A stretch of 32,000 bases of DNA from an archaeon (lineage in GTDB: Archaea; Iainarchaeota; Iainarchaeia; Iainarchaeales; 1-14-0-10-31-34), in the NCBI GenBank assembly GCA_024277355.1, contig JAJRVL010000005.1, positions 30,001 through 62,000 on the forward strand, in the 5' to 3' direction. The notes beneath the pieces were generated by a model that was not told the origin of the DNA, searched no databases, and worked only from the letters and a program-made list of their open reading frames with translations. Position 1 is the stretch's first letter. Every line of letters starts with the position of its first letter. The position numbers and the translations under genes were made by a program. This document shows, one piece after another, positions 24,837 through 32,000 of this stretch.

Positions 24837-25292
24837 TTATTTTCCCTCCTTTGCTTCTGTTTTTTCTTTAACTTCTTTTTTAATTTCTTCTGTCTTTTTT
24901 ATTTCTTTTTTTGGTTCAGTTTTTGTTTCTTCTTTTTTTGCTTTTATTCCTGTTCTTTTGAATCTTTTTTCGTCTTTTCTTTCAATTTCTGTTATTAATA
25001 AATTACTTGCTTTAATTGGAATTAATTTTTCTGTTCCGTCTGCTTTTTTTCTTGTAATTTTGTCTATGAATACTTTTGCTTTTTTGTGGTCTACTTTGAC
25101 TATTTTTCCTTCTTTTTTCTTGTGTGTTCCTCTCATGATTTTTATTTTATCTCCTGTTCTGATAATCATGCTTCTTTTTCCTGTTTCTTTTCTTAATTCT
25201 TTGCTTAAGTGAGAGGTTAATACATTTTTTCTTTCATGCATTTTTCCTTTATATAATCTTTTTCTTTGTTTTGAAGGTTTTTTTGTTTTCAT
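24837..25292 (-). CDS. rpl24: Ribosomal protein uL24 with charged C-terminal tail
   Basis: KKPSKQRKRLYKGKMHERKNVLTSHLSKELRKETGKRSMIIRTGDKIKIMRGTHKKKEGKIVKVD. Confidence 0.96.
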   Translation of the reverse strand: MKTKKPSKQRKRLYKGKMHERKNVLTSHLSKELRKETGKRSMIIRTGDKIKIMRGTHKKKEGKIVKVDHKKAKVFIDKITRKKADGTEKLIPIKASNLLITEIERKDEKRFKRTGIKAKKEETKTEPKKEIKKTEEIKKEVKEKTEAKEGK

Positions 25293-25303
25293 TTTTAATC
25301 ACT

Positions 25304-25702
25304 TTAAACTATTCCTTGGGCTATTCCTGCTACTTTAGGCCATCTTTCTCCTACTTCTTTTGCTACTACTCCTTTAATATCTGAAGCTTTAGGCAAACCT
25401 TTATCATCAACTAATACTACTGCATTATCTTCAAACTTTATTCTTGTTCCGTTTTTTCTTCTGTATTCTTTTTTTACTCTGATTACTACTGCTCTTTCAA
25501 CTTTTTTTCTTATTTCTGGTTTTCCTTTTTTTACTACTACATTAACCATGTCTGCAATTCCTGCTTTTTGTGACATTCTTTTTCTTGATTTAAAGTTAAA
25601 TGCTGTGATAATTTCTACTATTTTTGCTCCGCTGTTGTCTGCACAAACACATTTTGTTTTTTGTGTTAATCCTTTTGTTGGAGTTGCATTAATTGCTTTC
25701 AT
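25304..25702 (-). CDS. rpl14: Ribosomal protein uL14
   Basis: TKCVCADNSGAKIVEIITAFNFKSRKRMSQKAGIADMVNVVVKKGKPEIRKKVERAVVIRVKKEYRRKNGTRIKFEDNAVVLVDDKG. Confidence 0.98.
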   Translation of the reverse strand: MKAINATPTKGLTQKTKCVCADNSGAKIVEIITAFNFKSRKRMSQKAGIADMVNVVVKKGKPEIRKKVERAVVIRVKKEYRRKNGTRIKFEDNAVVLVDDKGLPKASDIKGVVAKEVGERWPKVAGIAQGIV

Positions 25703-25988
25703 TTTTTTCTACCTCTAATACCACAAAACTTTTTGTTTTGCTTAATTTTCTTGTTTCTCCTATTTTTATTGTGTCTCCTTCTTTTGCATTAATACATTCA
25801 GGATTGTGTGCTGCAATTTTTGATTTTGTTTTTTTGTATCTTTCATATTTTGGTACTTTTTTTGTAATTATTCTTTCAATTATTACTGTTTTATGCGGTT
25901 TACTGCTTGTAACTATTCCAGTGAATACATTTCCTCTTACTTTAATGCTTCCGTGTTTTGCACATTTTTTGTCATTGCATTTAGTCAT
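25689..25988 (-). CDS. rps17: Ribosomal protein uS17
   Basis: KCAKHGSIKVRGNVFTGIVTSSKPHKTVIIERIITKKVPKYERYKKTKSKIAAHNPECINAKEGDTIKIGETRKLSKTKSFVVLE. Confidence 0.97.
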   Translation of the reverse strand: MTKCNDKKCAKHGSIKVRGNVFTGIVTSSKPHKTVIIERIITKKVPKYERYKKTKSKIAAHNPECINAKEGDTIKIGETRKLSKTKSFVVLEVEKNESN

Positions 25989-26280
25989 TTTTTTTCCTCC
26001 AGAGCATTTTTATTCTGTCTTCTGGTTTAAACATGATTTTTTTTCCCTCAATTTTTATTTTTTTTTCTTTTATTTGAAATTCAATTTCAATTTCTTTTTT
26101 TGGTATTTTTTTTTCTCCTTTTTTTGTTTCTAAAACAAATAAATTTTTTGTTTCTTTTATTATTTTTCCTGTAATTTTTTTTGTTTTGTCAGTGCTTTTT
26201 ATTATTTTTACTTTTAGTCCGTTTAATTCATGCATTTTAATATTTTCTTTTGTTATTGAATATTTTTTTTCAAACATCAA
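25981..26280 (-). CDS. rnp1: Ribonuclease P protein component 1 (Rpp29/Pop4)
   Basis: HELNGLKVKIIKSTDKTKKITGKIIKETKNLFVLETKKGEKKIPKKEIEIEFQI, plus conserved position between S17 and SUI1. Confidence 0.9.
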   Translation of the reverse strand: MMFEKKYSITKENIKMHELNGLKVKIIKSTDKTKKITGKIIKETKNLFVLETKKGEKKIPKKEIEIEFQIKEKKIKIEGKKIMFKPEDRIKMLWRKKND

Positions 26281-26572
26281 TTAATTCCTCTTTAAATCCC
26301 TGTTCTAATAAAACTTTTTTGATGTTTTTTTTATGATTTCCCTGCAGTTCTATTTTATTGCCTTTTACGGTTCCTCCGCAGGCAAATTTCTTTTTAAGAA
26401 CTTTTTCCAAATTTTTTGCAGTTTCATGATCTTCTAAACCCTGAATTATTGTAATCCATTTTCTGAATTTTACTTTTTTTAGAATTACATTGATTCGCTG
26501 GCTTTCCTTTGATATTTCTTCGCATGCGCATAAGTTTTTAGGCAGTCCGCATGTCTGGCATACTTCATTCAT
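26270..26572 (-). CDS. sui1: Translation initiation factor aIF1 (SUI1)
   Basis: CQTCGLPKNLCACEEISKESQRINVILKKVKFRKWITIIQGLE...LKKKFACGGTVKGNKIELQGNHKKNIKKVLLEQGF. Confidence 0.97.
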   Translation of the reverse strand: MNEVCQTCGLPKNLCACEEISKESQRINVILKKVKFRKWITIIQGLEDHETAKNLEKVLKKKFACGGTVKGNKIELQGNHKKNIKKVLLEQGFKEELIDV

Positions 26573-26820
26573 TTTTCTTTTTTACCTCCTTTTTTTGTTT
26601 CTTTATTTTTTTCTGTTTTTTTTATTTTTTTTTCAGTTATTACTGTAAATGTTCTTGCGATTTCCCTTCTGATTTTTTTTATTTTTCCTGGGTTTTCTGC
26701 TTTTGTTCCTGAACTTATTTGAGCTTTTTCTTTTGATAAATCATTTTTCATTGAAACAATTTTTTCTTCTAATTCTTCTATTGGAAGTTCCCGTAATTCT
26801 TTTGCTTTTATTGCAGTCAT
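26569..26820 (-). CDS. rpl29: Ribosomal protein uL29
   Basis: IKAKELRELPIEELEEKIVSMKNDLSKEKAQISSGTKAENPGKIKKIRREIARTFTVI. Confidence 0.94.
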   Translation of the reverse strand: MTAIKAKELRELPIEELEEKIVSMKNDLSKEKAQISSGTKAENPGKIKKIRREIARTFTVITEKKIKKTEKNKETKKGGKKEK

Positions 26821-27671
26821 TTCTTCACTTCCTTATCTTCGCTTTTTTGTTTCTTTTCTTCATTAACTTCTTCCTTTTTGTTTTCTTTTTCTTCTATTTT
26901 TTCAGTTTTTTTGTTTTTCTTTTCTTTTTCCTTTTTAGGTTCTTTTTCTTCCTTTTTTTTATCTTCAGTTTTTTCTTTTTTTTCTGTTTTAGTTTCTTCT
27001 TTTTTACTTTCTTTTGTTTCTTCTGTTTTTTCTTCTTTATCTTCTTCTTTTGTTTCTTTTTTCTTTCTGTTTTCAAGTATTTCTATTATATTAATTTTAT
27101 CTGGGAATACGGTTTCTGGTTTAACTATTCTTACTTTTACTCCTATTGTTCCAAATTTTGCTTTTGCTGGTGCAACTCCATAATCAACTAATTTTGCTTG
27201 TTCTCCGATTTTTTTCATATATCCTTCGGCTATTCTTTGTTTTCTTTTTCTTACTCCTTTTCCGCCTAACGCGCCTGATAATACTATTTCTACTCCTTGT
27301 GCGCCTGCTGTTCTAATATCTTTTAATGTTCTGTAAACAATGCTTCTCCAGCTGAAACCTCTTCCAATTAAACTTGAAATTTTATCTGCCATTGCCTGTG
27401 CGTCTAATTCCGGAACTGTTATTTCTTTTATTTCAATTTGAGGATTTTCTATTTTAAATTTTTCTTCTAAAATTTTAGTTAATTTTTTTATGTTTGTTCC
27501 TCCTTTTCCTATTGCTAATCCTGGGTGAGTTACATTTAACACTATTCTTGTTACTAAAGGAGTCTTTACAGTTTCTAATTTTGTAAAACCTGCTTTAACT
27601 AATTCTTTTCTTAAATAATTTTCTATTTCTATTTTTTTTATTCCTTGTTTGATAAATGTTCTTTCAATCAT
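26817..27671 (-). CDS. rps3: Ribosomal protein uS3 with ~80 aa K/E-rich C-terminal tail
   Basis: FIKQGIKKIEIENYLRKELVKAGFTKLETVKTPLVTRIVLNVTHPGLAIGKGGTNIKKL...GVEIVLSGALGGKGVRKRKQRIAEGYMKKIGE. Confidence 0.97.
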   Translation of the reverse strand: MIERTFIKQGIKKIEIENYLRKELVKAGFTKLETVKTPLVTRIVLNVTHPGLAIGKGGTNIKKLTKILEEKFKIENPQIEIKEITVPELDAQAMADKISSLIGRGFSWRSIVYRTLKDIRTAGAQGVEIVLSGALGGKGVRKRKQRIAEGYMKKIGEQAKLVDYGVAPAKAKFGTIGVKVRIVKPETVFPDKINIIEILENRKKKETKEEDKEEKTEETKESKKEETKTEKKEKTEDKKKEEKEPKKEKEKKNKKTEKIEEKENKKEEVNEEKKQKSEDKEVKK

Positions 27672-28145
27672 TTATTTTCCCTCTTGTAATACTATTTCAA
27701 TATGAGCTGATTTTTTGTTTCTTGGTTTTCCGCCAATTTTTCCTTTTGGCTGGTGGCCTACTTTTGAGTAACCCATTGAAGCAAAACCGTGTTTTATAAA
27801 TAATTTTTCTATGTCTAATCCTTTGTAGTCTGCGTTTGCTTTTGCACTTTCAATTAATTCAAAGAAAGCTTTTGCAACTTTTTCAGGATATCTGCCTGTC
27901 TTTGTTCCTGATTTTGAATCTCCTTTTCTATGTGCTATTTTTTTTACGTATTTTTTTAAAGGCAAAAATTCTTTTTTATCTAAAATATTTTGCAGGAATT
28001 CTTGTGCTCTTTTTACTTTCATTCCTTTAATTTCTCTTATTAATTCTGTTGCATACTTAAGTGAAATATTGGCGTTTTTTTTGATTGCTTTTGCACTTAT
28101 TTTGGCTTTTATTTTTTCCTGAATGTTGTATGTTTTTTTTACCAT
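27672..28145 (-). CDS. rpl22: Ribosomal protein uL22
   Basis: NISLKYATELIREIKGMKVKRAQEFLQNILDKKEFLPLKKYVKKIAHRKG...RYPEKVAKAFFELIESAKANADYKGL. Confidence 0.96.
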   Translation of the reverse strand: MVKKTYNIQEKIKAKISAKAIKKNANISLKYATELIREIKGMKVKRAQEFLQNILDKKEFLPLKKYVKKIAHRKGDSKSGTKTGRYPEKVAKAFFELIESAKANADYKGLDIEKLFIKHGFASMGYSKVGHQPKGKIGGKPRNKKSAHIEIVLQEGK

Positions 28146-28149
28146 TTTA

Positions 28150-28551
28150 TCACTTTCTTGCTGTTATTGCAGTGCTTGATTTTGTTGCTCCAATTCCTGC
28201 TTTTCCATGCATTAATCTTTTTCTTGTAAGTACTAATTCTCCTAAATAATGACTTATCATTTCTGGAATTATTTCTTTTACTTCAAATTCTTTTCCGTTA
28301 TATATTGCAAATTTTAATCCAATCATTTTTGGAATTATTATTGTGTCTCTGAAATGAGTTCTTATTGGTTTTGGTTCTCTTCCTGTTTCTTTTACTTTCA
28401 TTGCTTTTTCTATTTTTTTATCTAATTTTTTGTTTTGGTTTCTTTTCAGGCTTCTTTTGGCTCTTGAGTCAACTATTTGTGCAAATTCTTCTGTGCTTAA
28501 TTTTTGCAGTTCTTCTATTGTTTTTCCTTTAAATAAAAATTCTTTTGCCAT
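28150..28551 (-). CDS. rps19: Ribosomal protein uS19
   Basis: FLFKGKTIEELQKLSTEEFAQIVDSRAKRSLKR...IRTHFRDTIIIPKMIGLKFAIYNGKEFEVKEIIPEMISHYLGELVLTRKRLMHGKAGIGATKSS. Confidence 0.97.
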   Translation of the reverse strand: MAKEFLFKGKTIEELQKLSTEEFAQIVDSRAKRSLKRNQNKKLDKKIEKAMKVKETGREPKPIRTHFRDTIIIPKMIGLKFAIYNGKEFEVKEIIPEMISHYLGELVLTRKRLMHGKAGIGATKSSTAITARK

Positions 28552-28556
28552 TTAAT

Positions 28557-29279
28557 TCACCTTTTTTTCCTTCCTGTTCTTGATGATGCAATTGCTCCGA
28601 CTTTTCTTCCTGGAGGTGCATTTCTTGAAGTACTTTTACTTTTTCCAGGATGGTGCTGGCTTCCTCCAAATGGATGTGCATTTGGATTCATTGCAACTCC
28701 TCTTACTGTTGGATATTGTTTCTTTTTTGATTTCATTAAATGATAAGCATTTCCTGCTTTTACAAAAGGTTTTTCTTTTCTTCCTCCGCCTGCAACACAA
28801 CCAATTGTTGCTCTGCATTCAGGTAAAAATGAAGTTTTTTTTCCTGATGGAAGTTTTAAGTAAATGTTTTTTTCGTCTTTTGATAATATTATTGCATAAC
28901 TTCCTGCTGTTCTGATTAATTTTCCGCCGTCTCCTGGAGTTAATTCAATATTAAATATAGGGCACCCTTCTGGTAATTTTTTTAATGGAAGAACATTTCC
29001 TAATCCTATTTCTGCGTTTTTTCCATATTCTATTTTTTGTCCTGTAATTATTCCTTCTGCTGCATAAACAATTATGTTTGAATTGTCTTCAAAACTTATT
29101 TCAGCTAAAATTCCTGTTTTTCCTCTGTCTCTTAATATGCCTGTTATTTCTCCTGTTAATTTCCCTGTTTTTTGTTTGTCGTCATAAGAAATATATTTTA
29201 TTTTATGTTTTGCTCTGTGTGTTGCTCTGTGTTTTGGAGAACCTTTTCCTGCTCTTTGAGTTTTAATTCTGTTAGGCAT
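28557..29279 (-). CDS. rpl2: Ribosomal protein uL2
   Basis: KIKYISYDDKQKTGKLTGEITGILRDRGKTGILAEISFEDNS...VRGVAMNPNAHPFGGSQHHPGKSKSTSRNAPPGRKVGAIASSRTGRKK. Confidence 0.98.
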   Translation of the reverse strand: MPNRIKTQRAGKGSPKHRATHRAKHKIKYISYDDKQKTGKLTGEITGILRDRGKTGILAEISFEDNSNIIVYAAEGIITGQKIEYGKNAEIGLGNVLPLKKLPEGCPIFNIELTPGDGGKLIRTAGSYAIILSKDEKNIYLKLPSGKKTSFLPECRATIGCVAGGGRKEKPFVKAGNAYHLMKSKKKQYPTVRGVAMNPNAHPFGGSQHHPGKSKSTSRNAPPGRKVGAIASSRTGRKKR

Positions 29280-29284
29280 TTAAA

Positions 29285-29554
29285 TCATAATACTCCTAAT
29301 TTTATTGCAATGTCGCCTGCTTTAAATTCTTTTGCAAGTTTAACTATTGCTTTTTTTCTTCCTTTTCTGTCTCTTATAATTCTTACTTTTTCTGTTTTTA
29401 CTTTGTATACTCTTTCAATTGTTTTTTTTATATCCTGCTTGTTTGCTTTGTCATTTACAATAAAACAGATTTTGTTTTCTGCTTCAATTAAATTTACTGC
29501 TTTCTCTGAAATTAATGGATGAATAATTATTTCATAATCTTTTAATTCTGTCAT
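29285..29554 (-). CDS. rpl23: Ribosomal protein uL23
   Basis: [92 protein letters not shown] 29554 gives a 4-nt overlap with L4; the longer track start is less likely. Confidence 0.96.
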   Translation of the reverse strand: MTELKDYEIIIHPLISEKAVNLIEAENKICFIVNDKANKQDIKKTIERVYKVKTEKVRIIRDRKGRKKAIVKLAKEFKAGDIAIKLGVL

Positions 29555-30351
29555 TTTACCCTTTCCTTTAATTCTTGTATTGCATTTTCTGTCCATAAAG
29601 TAAGTCTTCCGGCTTTTGTTCCTGGAGCAAGTAATTTTGTATTTAATTTTTTTGCGTTGATTATATCTATTCCTTCAATGTTTCTTGCTGCAATCAAACT
29701 TTTGTTTCCTGTTACAATCAAAACACTTTTTGCTCTTTTGTATCTTCTTCCTCTTTTTTTTCCTTTTCCTGCTCTTGTTGTTTTTCTTTTTTTTGCTCTT
29801 AAAATATCATTCCATAATTTTAAATTTTTTAATACTTCGCTTACTTCTTTGGTTTTGTTTATTTTTTCAAATGAATTTTCAATTACTATTGGGAATTCAA
29901 CTTCTTCTACTTTGTGTCCTCTTTTTGTTACTAATTCTTTTGAGGCTGTTGCAGCTATTGCGGATTCAAATGCCTTTCTTTTTTCTTTTTTGTTTATCTT
30001 TTCTTTTATTTTTTTTTCTACCATTGGAGGAAAAGCTTTTGGTCCTGTTACTGCTCCTGAAATTCCTGCTACTCTTCCTGATAATAAATGTCTTTTTTCT
30101 TTTGTTCTTGGTCTTCTTGCTCTTCCTGTGTTAATGCTTCTTCCTGAAGCAGGATAAGCTCTTGCACCAATATATACCGCAGTTGTTTTTCTTCCTGCTC
30201 TTATATCTGAACCTTTTTTCTGGAATGAATTTGATTCAATTGATAAAACATCTCTTTTAATTAAGTCAGGATTGTATTCTGAATCAAATACTTTTGGAAG
30301 TTCTATTTCCTTGACTTTTTTTCCTTCAACTGAAACAACGTTTGCTTTCAT
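29551..30351 (-). CDS. rpl4: Ribosomal protein uL4
   Basis: [64 protein letters not shown]...[15 protein letters not shown]. Confidence 0.97.
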   Translation of the reverse strand: MKANVVSVEGKKVKEIELPKVFDSEYNPDLIKRDVLSIESNSFQKKGSDIRAGRKTTAVYIGARAYPASGRSINTGRARRPRTKEKRHLLSGRVAGISGAVTGPKAFPPMVEKKIKEKINKKEKRKAFESAIAATASKELVTKRGHKVEEVEFPIVIENSFEKINKTKEVSEVLKNLKLWNDILRAKKRKTTRAGKGKKRGRRYKRAKSVLIVTGNKSLIAARNIEGIDIINAKKLNTKLLAPGTKAGRLTLWTENAIQELKERVK

Positions 30352-30355
30352 TTAA

Positions 30356-31318
30356 TCACTTTATTATATTTACATCCACTACTTTCATTGTTTTTGCTTT
30401 TGTTTTTCTTATATTATGTCTTAATGCAATGCATCTTTTTGGTGTTCCTGGAATGCTTCCTGCAAGTAAAATATAATCATTTTTTATTTTTCCGTAATTT
30501 TTTAATTCATTTAAGTCTTTTCCTTCGCCGACTAAAAGAATTTTTTTGTTATATTCTGTTCTTGTATGGTAACCCATTTGTCCTGGTCTTGCTACAGTAT
30601 ACATTACTGTTGCTGGAGTCCAAGGAGAAATTGAACCAACAGCTCTTCTCTTTTTTGCTTTTGGTCTTTCCATTTTTACGCCAAATCTTTTAATGACTCC
30701 TTGCATTCCTTTCCCTGTTGTTACTGCTTTAACATCAATAAATTGGTTTTCTTTTAATACGTCTTTTATTTTTAATTCTTTTCCTAATTTTTCTTTTGCA
30801 AACTCAAACTGCTTTTCTTTTTCACCTGATAATCTTACTTCACTTACATCAGGTTTTTTCTTTCCCATTCCTGTTTCATAAGGAGATGAATGAACTAATA
30901 AAGAAACATAAACTGCTTCACTTAATTTTTTTTCTAAATCTTCAACTGAATGTTTTTTCTTTTTTCTTGTAATACTTTTAATTTTTCTTTCTAAATGCTT
31001 GTTTGTTTTTTCAATTAAAACTTCTCCTAAAACTTTTTTTCCTGAAGTTGTTTTTTTGTATAATCTGATTCCAAAAACATTTAACACAGGGCATTCAATT
31101 ATTGTGGCTGAATAAACTCCTTCCTGTCCAAATCCAACTGATTTTTTTTGGTCATTTTTTGCTGTAACTGAAATCATTCCTGCTTTATAACCTAAAAAAT
31201 TTAATGGCTGGGTTTCTTTTAATTCAGGAAAAGTCTGGAAAGTAGGTGTTTCTTTTTTGGCTTTTTTTCTTGGATAATAAGCCATTGAACCTGAGTGCGG
31301 TTTATGTTTTTTTCCCAT
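30356..31318 (-). CDS. rpl3: Ribosomal protein uL3
   Basis: HKPHSGSMAYYPRKKAKKETPTFQTF...FLGYKAGMISV...DVKAVTTGKGMQGVIKRFGVKMERPKAKKRRAVGSISPWTPATVMYTVARPGQMGYHTRTEYNK. Confidence 0.98.
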   Translation of the reverse strand: MGKKHKPHSGSMAYYPRKKAKKETPTFQTFPELKETQPLNFLGYKAGMISVTAKNDQKKSVGFGQEGVYSATIIECPVLNVFGIRLYKKTTSGKKVLGEVLIEKTNKHLERKIKSITRKKKKHSVEDLEKKLSEAVYVSLLVHSSPYETGMGKKKPDVSEVRLSGEKEKQFEFAKEKLGKELKIKDVLKENQFIDVKAVTTGKGMQGVIKRFGVKMERPKAKKRRAVGSISPWTPATVMYTVARPGQMGYHTRTEYNKKILLVGEGKDLNELKNYGKIKNDYILLAGSIPGTPKRCIALRHNIRKTKAKTMKVVDVNIIK

Positions 31319-31450
31319 TAAATCACGTTTTTTTCCTTCAACATAAAGAATGCTGAAGTTTATACAGTGAAATCTGCTTTAAAAAAAACTAAGTTTCTTT
31401 TCTAGCATTTATGCTCCTTAGAGCACAGTCTACTATAATAAGTAGTAATA
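31319..31450 (-). promoter_or_regulatory. Putative ~130-nt 5' leader of the L3 operon with hairpins
   Basis: 9-bp stem at 31336-31358 (CUUCAGCAU-UCUUU-AUGUUGAAG); 6-bp stem at 31411-31426 (GUGCUC-UAAG-GAGCAU) overlapping an alternative stem 31404-31415 (AGCA-UAAA-UGCU). Confidence 0.5.
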
Positions 31451-31470
31451 CTATTTTCTGCTGTAAAACT

Positions 31471-31478
31471 TATTTAAA
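31471..31478 (-). promoter_or_regulatory. Candidate TATA box for the ribosomal supercluster
   Basis: Minus strand CTTTAAATAAG, about 150 nt upstream of the L3 ATG and just downstream of the stop of the preceding gene. Confidence 0.5.
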
Positions 31479-31483
31479 GCTTT

Positions 31484-32000
31484 CTATTGCTTTTTCACAA
31501 GCATTACTACTATTATAATTATTATTGCAAGCAATCCAATTGTTACTGCTGCATTTTGTCCTAATGAAATTAACGCTGTTGCTGCTCCTATTTCTTTTGT
31601 TTCTGATTTAGTGTTAATTTCTTTGCCATTATCAAGAACAAATGAAACAGGAATTTCTTTTTCTGTTCCATTTGTTTTTAATTTAAAGAATACTTCTTTT
31701 GTTTCTCCTGCTTTAACTTCCACTTTAGTGTTTCCTTCTAGTGTCCATTCTTCTGGAATTTCAACAATCAAATTTCCATTGATTCCTTCTGCTGTTTCAT
31801 TTTCAATTGTTATTTTTAATTCTGTTTCATTAAATACTTTTTTTGTTGTTTCAGCGGAAATTTTTATTTCTTTTTCTTCAACAATTAATTCTATTGCTTT
31901 TTCAATTCTTTTTCCTGCTGATTCAACTACAAGAACTGCATTATATTTTCCTGAATTTTCTGCTTTAATTTCAATGCTTATTGTTCTATTTGAATTAGCC
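31484..32000 (-). CDS. C-terminal part of an extracellular/surface protein with membrane anchor (continues past window edge)
   Basis: Frame is open to the edge: ANSNRTISIEIKAENSGKYNAVLVVESAGKRIEKAIELIVEEKEIKISAETTKKVFNETELKITIENETAEGINGNLIVEIPEEWTLEGNTKVEVKAGETKEVFFKLKTNG... ending GLLAIIIIIVVMLVKKQ. Beta-sandwich (NEW3/CARDB-like) flavour plus TM. The track start at 31771 is a TTG and probably not the true start. Confidence 0.75.
   Translation of the reverse strand, partial: ANSNRTISIEIKAENSGKYNAVLVVESAGKRIEKAIELIVEEKEIKISAETTKKVFNETELKITIENETAEGINGNLIVEIPEEWTLEGNTKVEVKAGETKEVFFKLKTNGTEKEIPVSFVLDNGKEINTKSETKEIGAATALISLGQNAAVTIGLLAIIIIIVVMLVKKQ

Noticed and set aside
26894-27076. Minus-strand 60-aa poly-K/R ORF
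   Set aside because: Alternative frame within the low-complexity S3 tail.
26703-27191. Long plus-strand ORFs opposite genes (e.g. 26703-27191, 26878-27183, 25693-26133, 20017-20589), rich in F/L/S
   Set aside because: They are antisense to confidently identified K/E-rich ribosomal genes. Their F/L/S content is the expected complement of A-rich coding sequence, and none resembles a known protein.
28636-28818. Minus-strand 60-aa ORF inside L2
   Set aside because: Out-of-frame ORF within the high-confidence L2 gene; no supporting features.
31431-31450. TACTA/TAGTA imperfect palindrome and nearby tact-rich sequence as a CRISPR or regulator operator
   Set aside because: Only one short 5-bp stem in AT-rich DNA; no regularly spaced repeats.
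1-32000. Defence system, prophage, integrase, CRISPR-Cas, BGC
   Set aside because: Every well-supported gene is core translation, transcription, nucleotide or isoprenoid metabolism, apart from one orphan and one surface protein. No array or nuclease cassette seen; the PIN protein is in its usual housekeeping context without an antitoxin partner.

Overview
The window is almost entirely a core housekeeping locus from an AT-rich archaeon, probably DPANN-like (my inference from protein sizes and types). Nearly all genes lie on the minus strand. Read 3'->5' it is one collinear translation/transcription supercluster: L3-L4-L23-L2-S19-L22-S3-L29-aIF1-Rpp29-S17-L14-L24-S4e-L5-S14-S8-L6-L32e-L19e-L18-S5-L30-L15-SecY-EMC3-like-L34e-(broken cmk)-L14e-S13-S4-S11-Rpo3-tRNA-Leu(UAA, intron)-L18e-L13-S9-Rpo10-S2-Memo-Idi2-TrmB-like-GluRS(in two ORFs), then L7Ae-S28e-L24e-Ndk-dUTPase-aIF5B-S6e-aIF2gamma-PIN-Rpo7. 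I saw no CRISPR array, transposon, or defence cassette. The observations most worth a second look are: (1) glutamyl-tRNA synthetase interrupted by an in-frame TAA between its HIGH-like and KMSKS-like halves; (2) a cytidylate-kinase remnant with a frameshift at an A8 run and a degenerate P-loop; (3) a compact GC-rich multi-helix element between S28e and L24e; (4) a hairpin-rich leader upstream of L3; (5) a tRNA-Leu with an 80-nt intron and a relaxed bulge-helix-bulge; (6) a 52-nt identical repeat shared by the N-terminal extensions of S9 and L32e; (7) a lone plus-strand orphan gene. L14e (58 aa) and S14 (44 aa) are missing from the supplied ORF track, and two partial genes run off the window edges.
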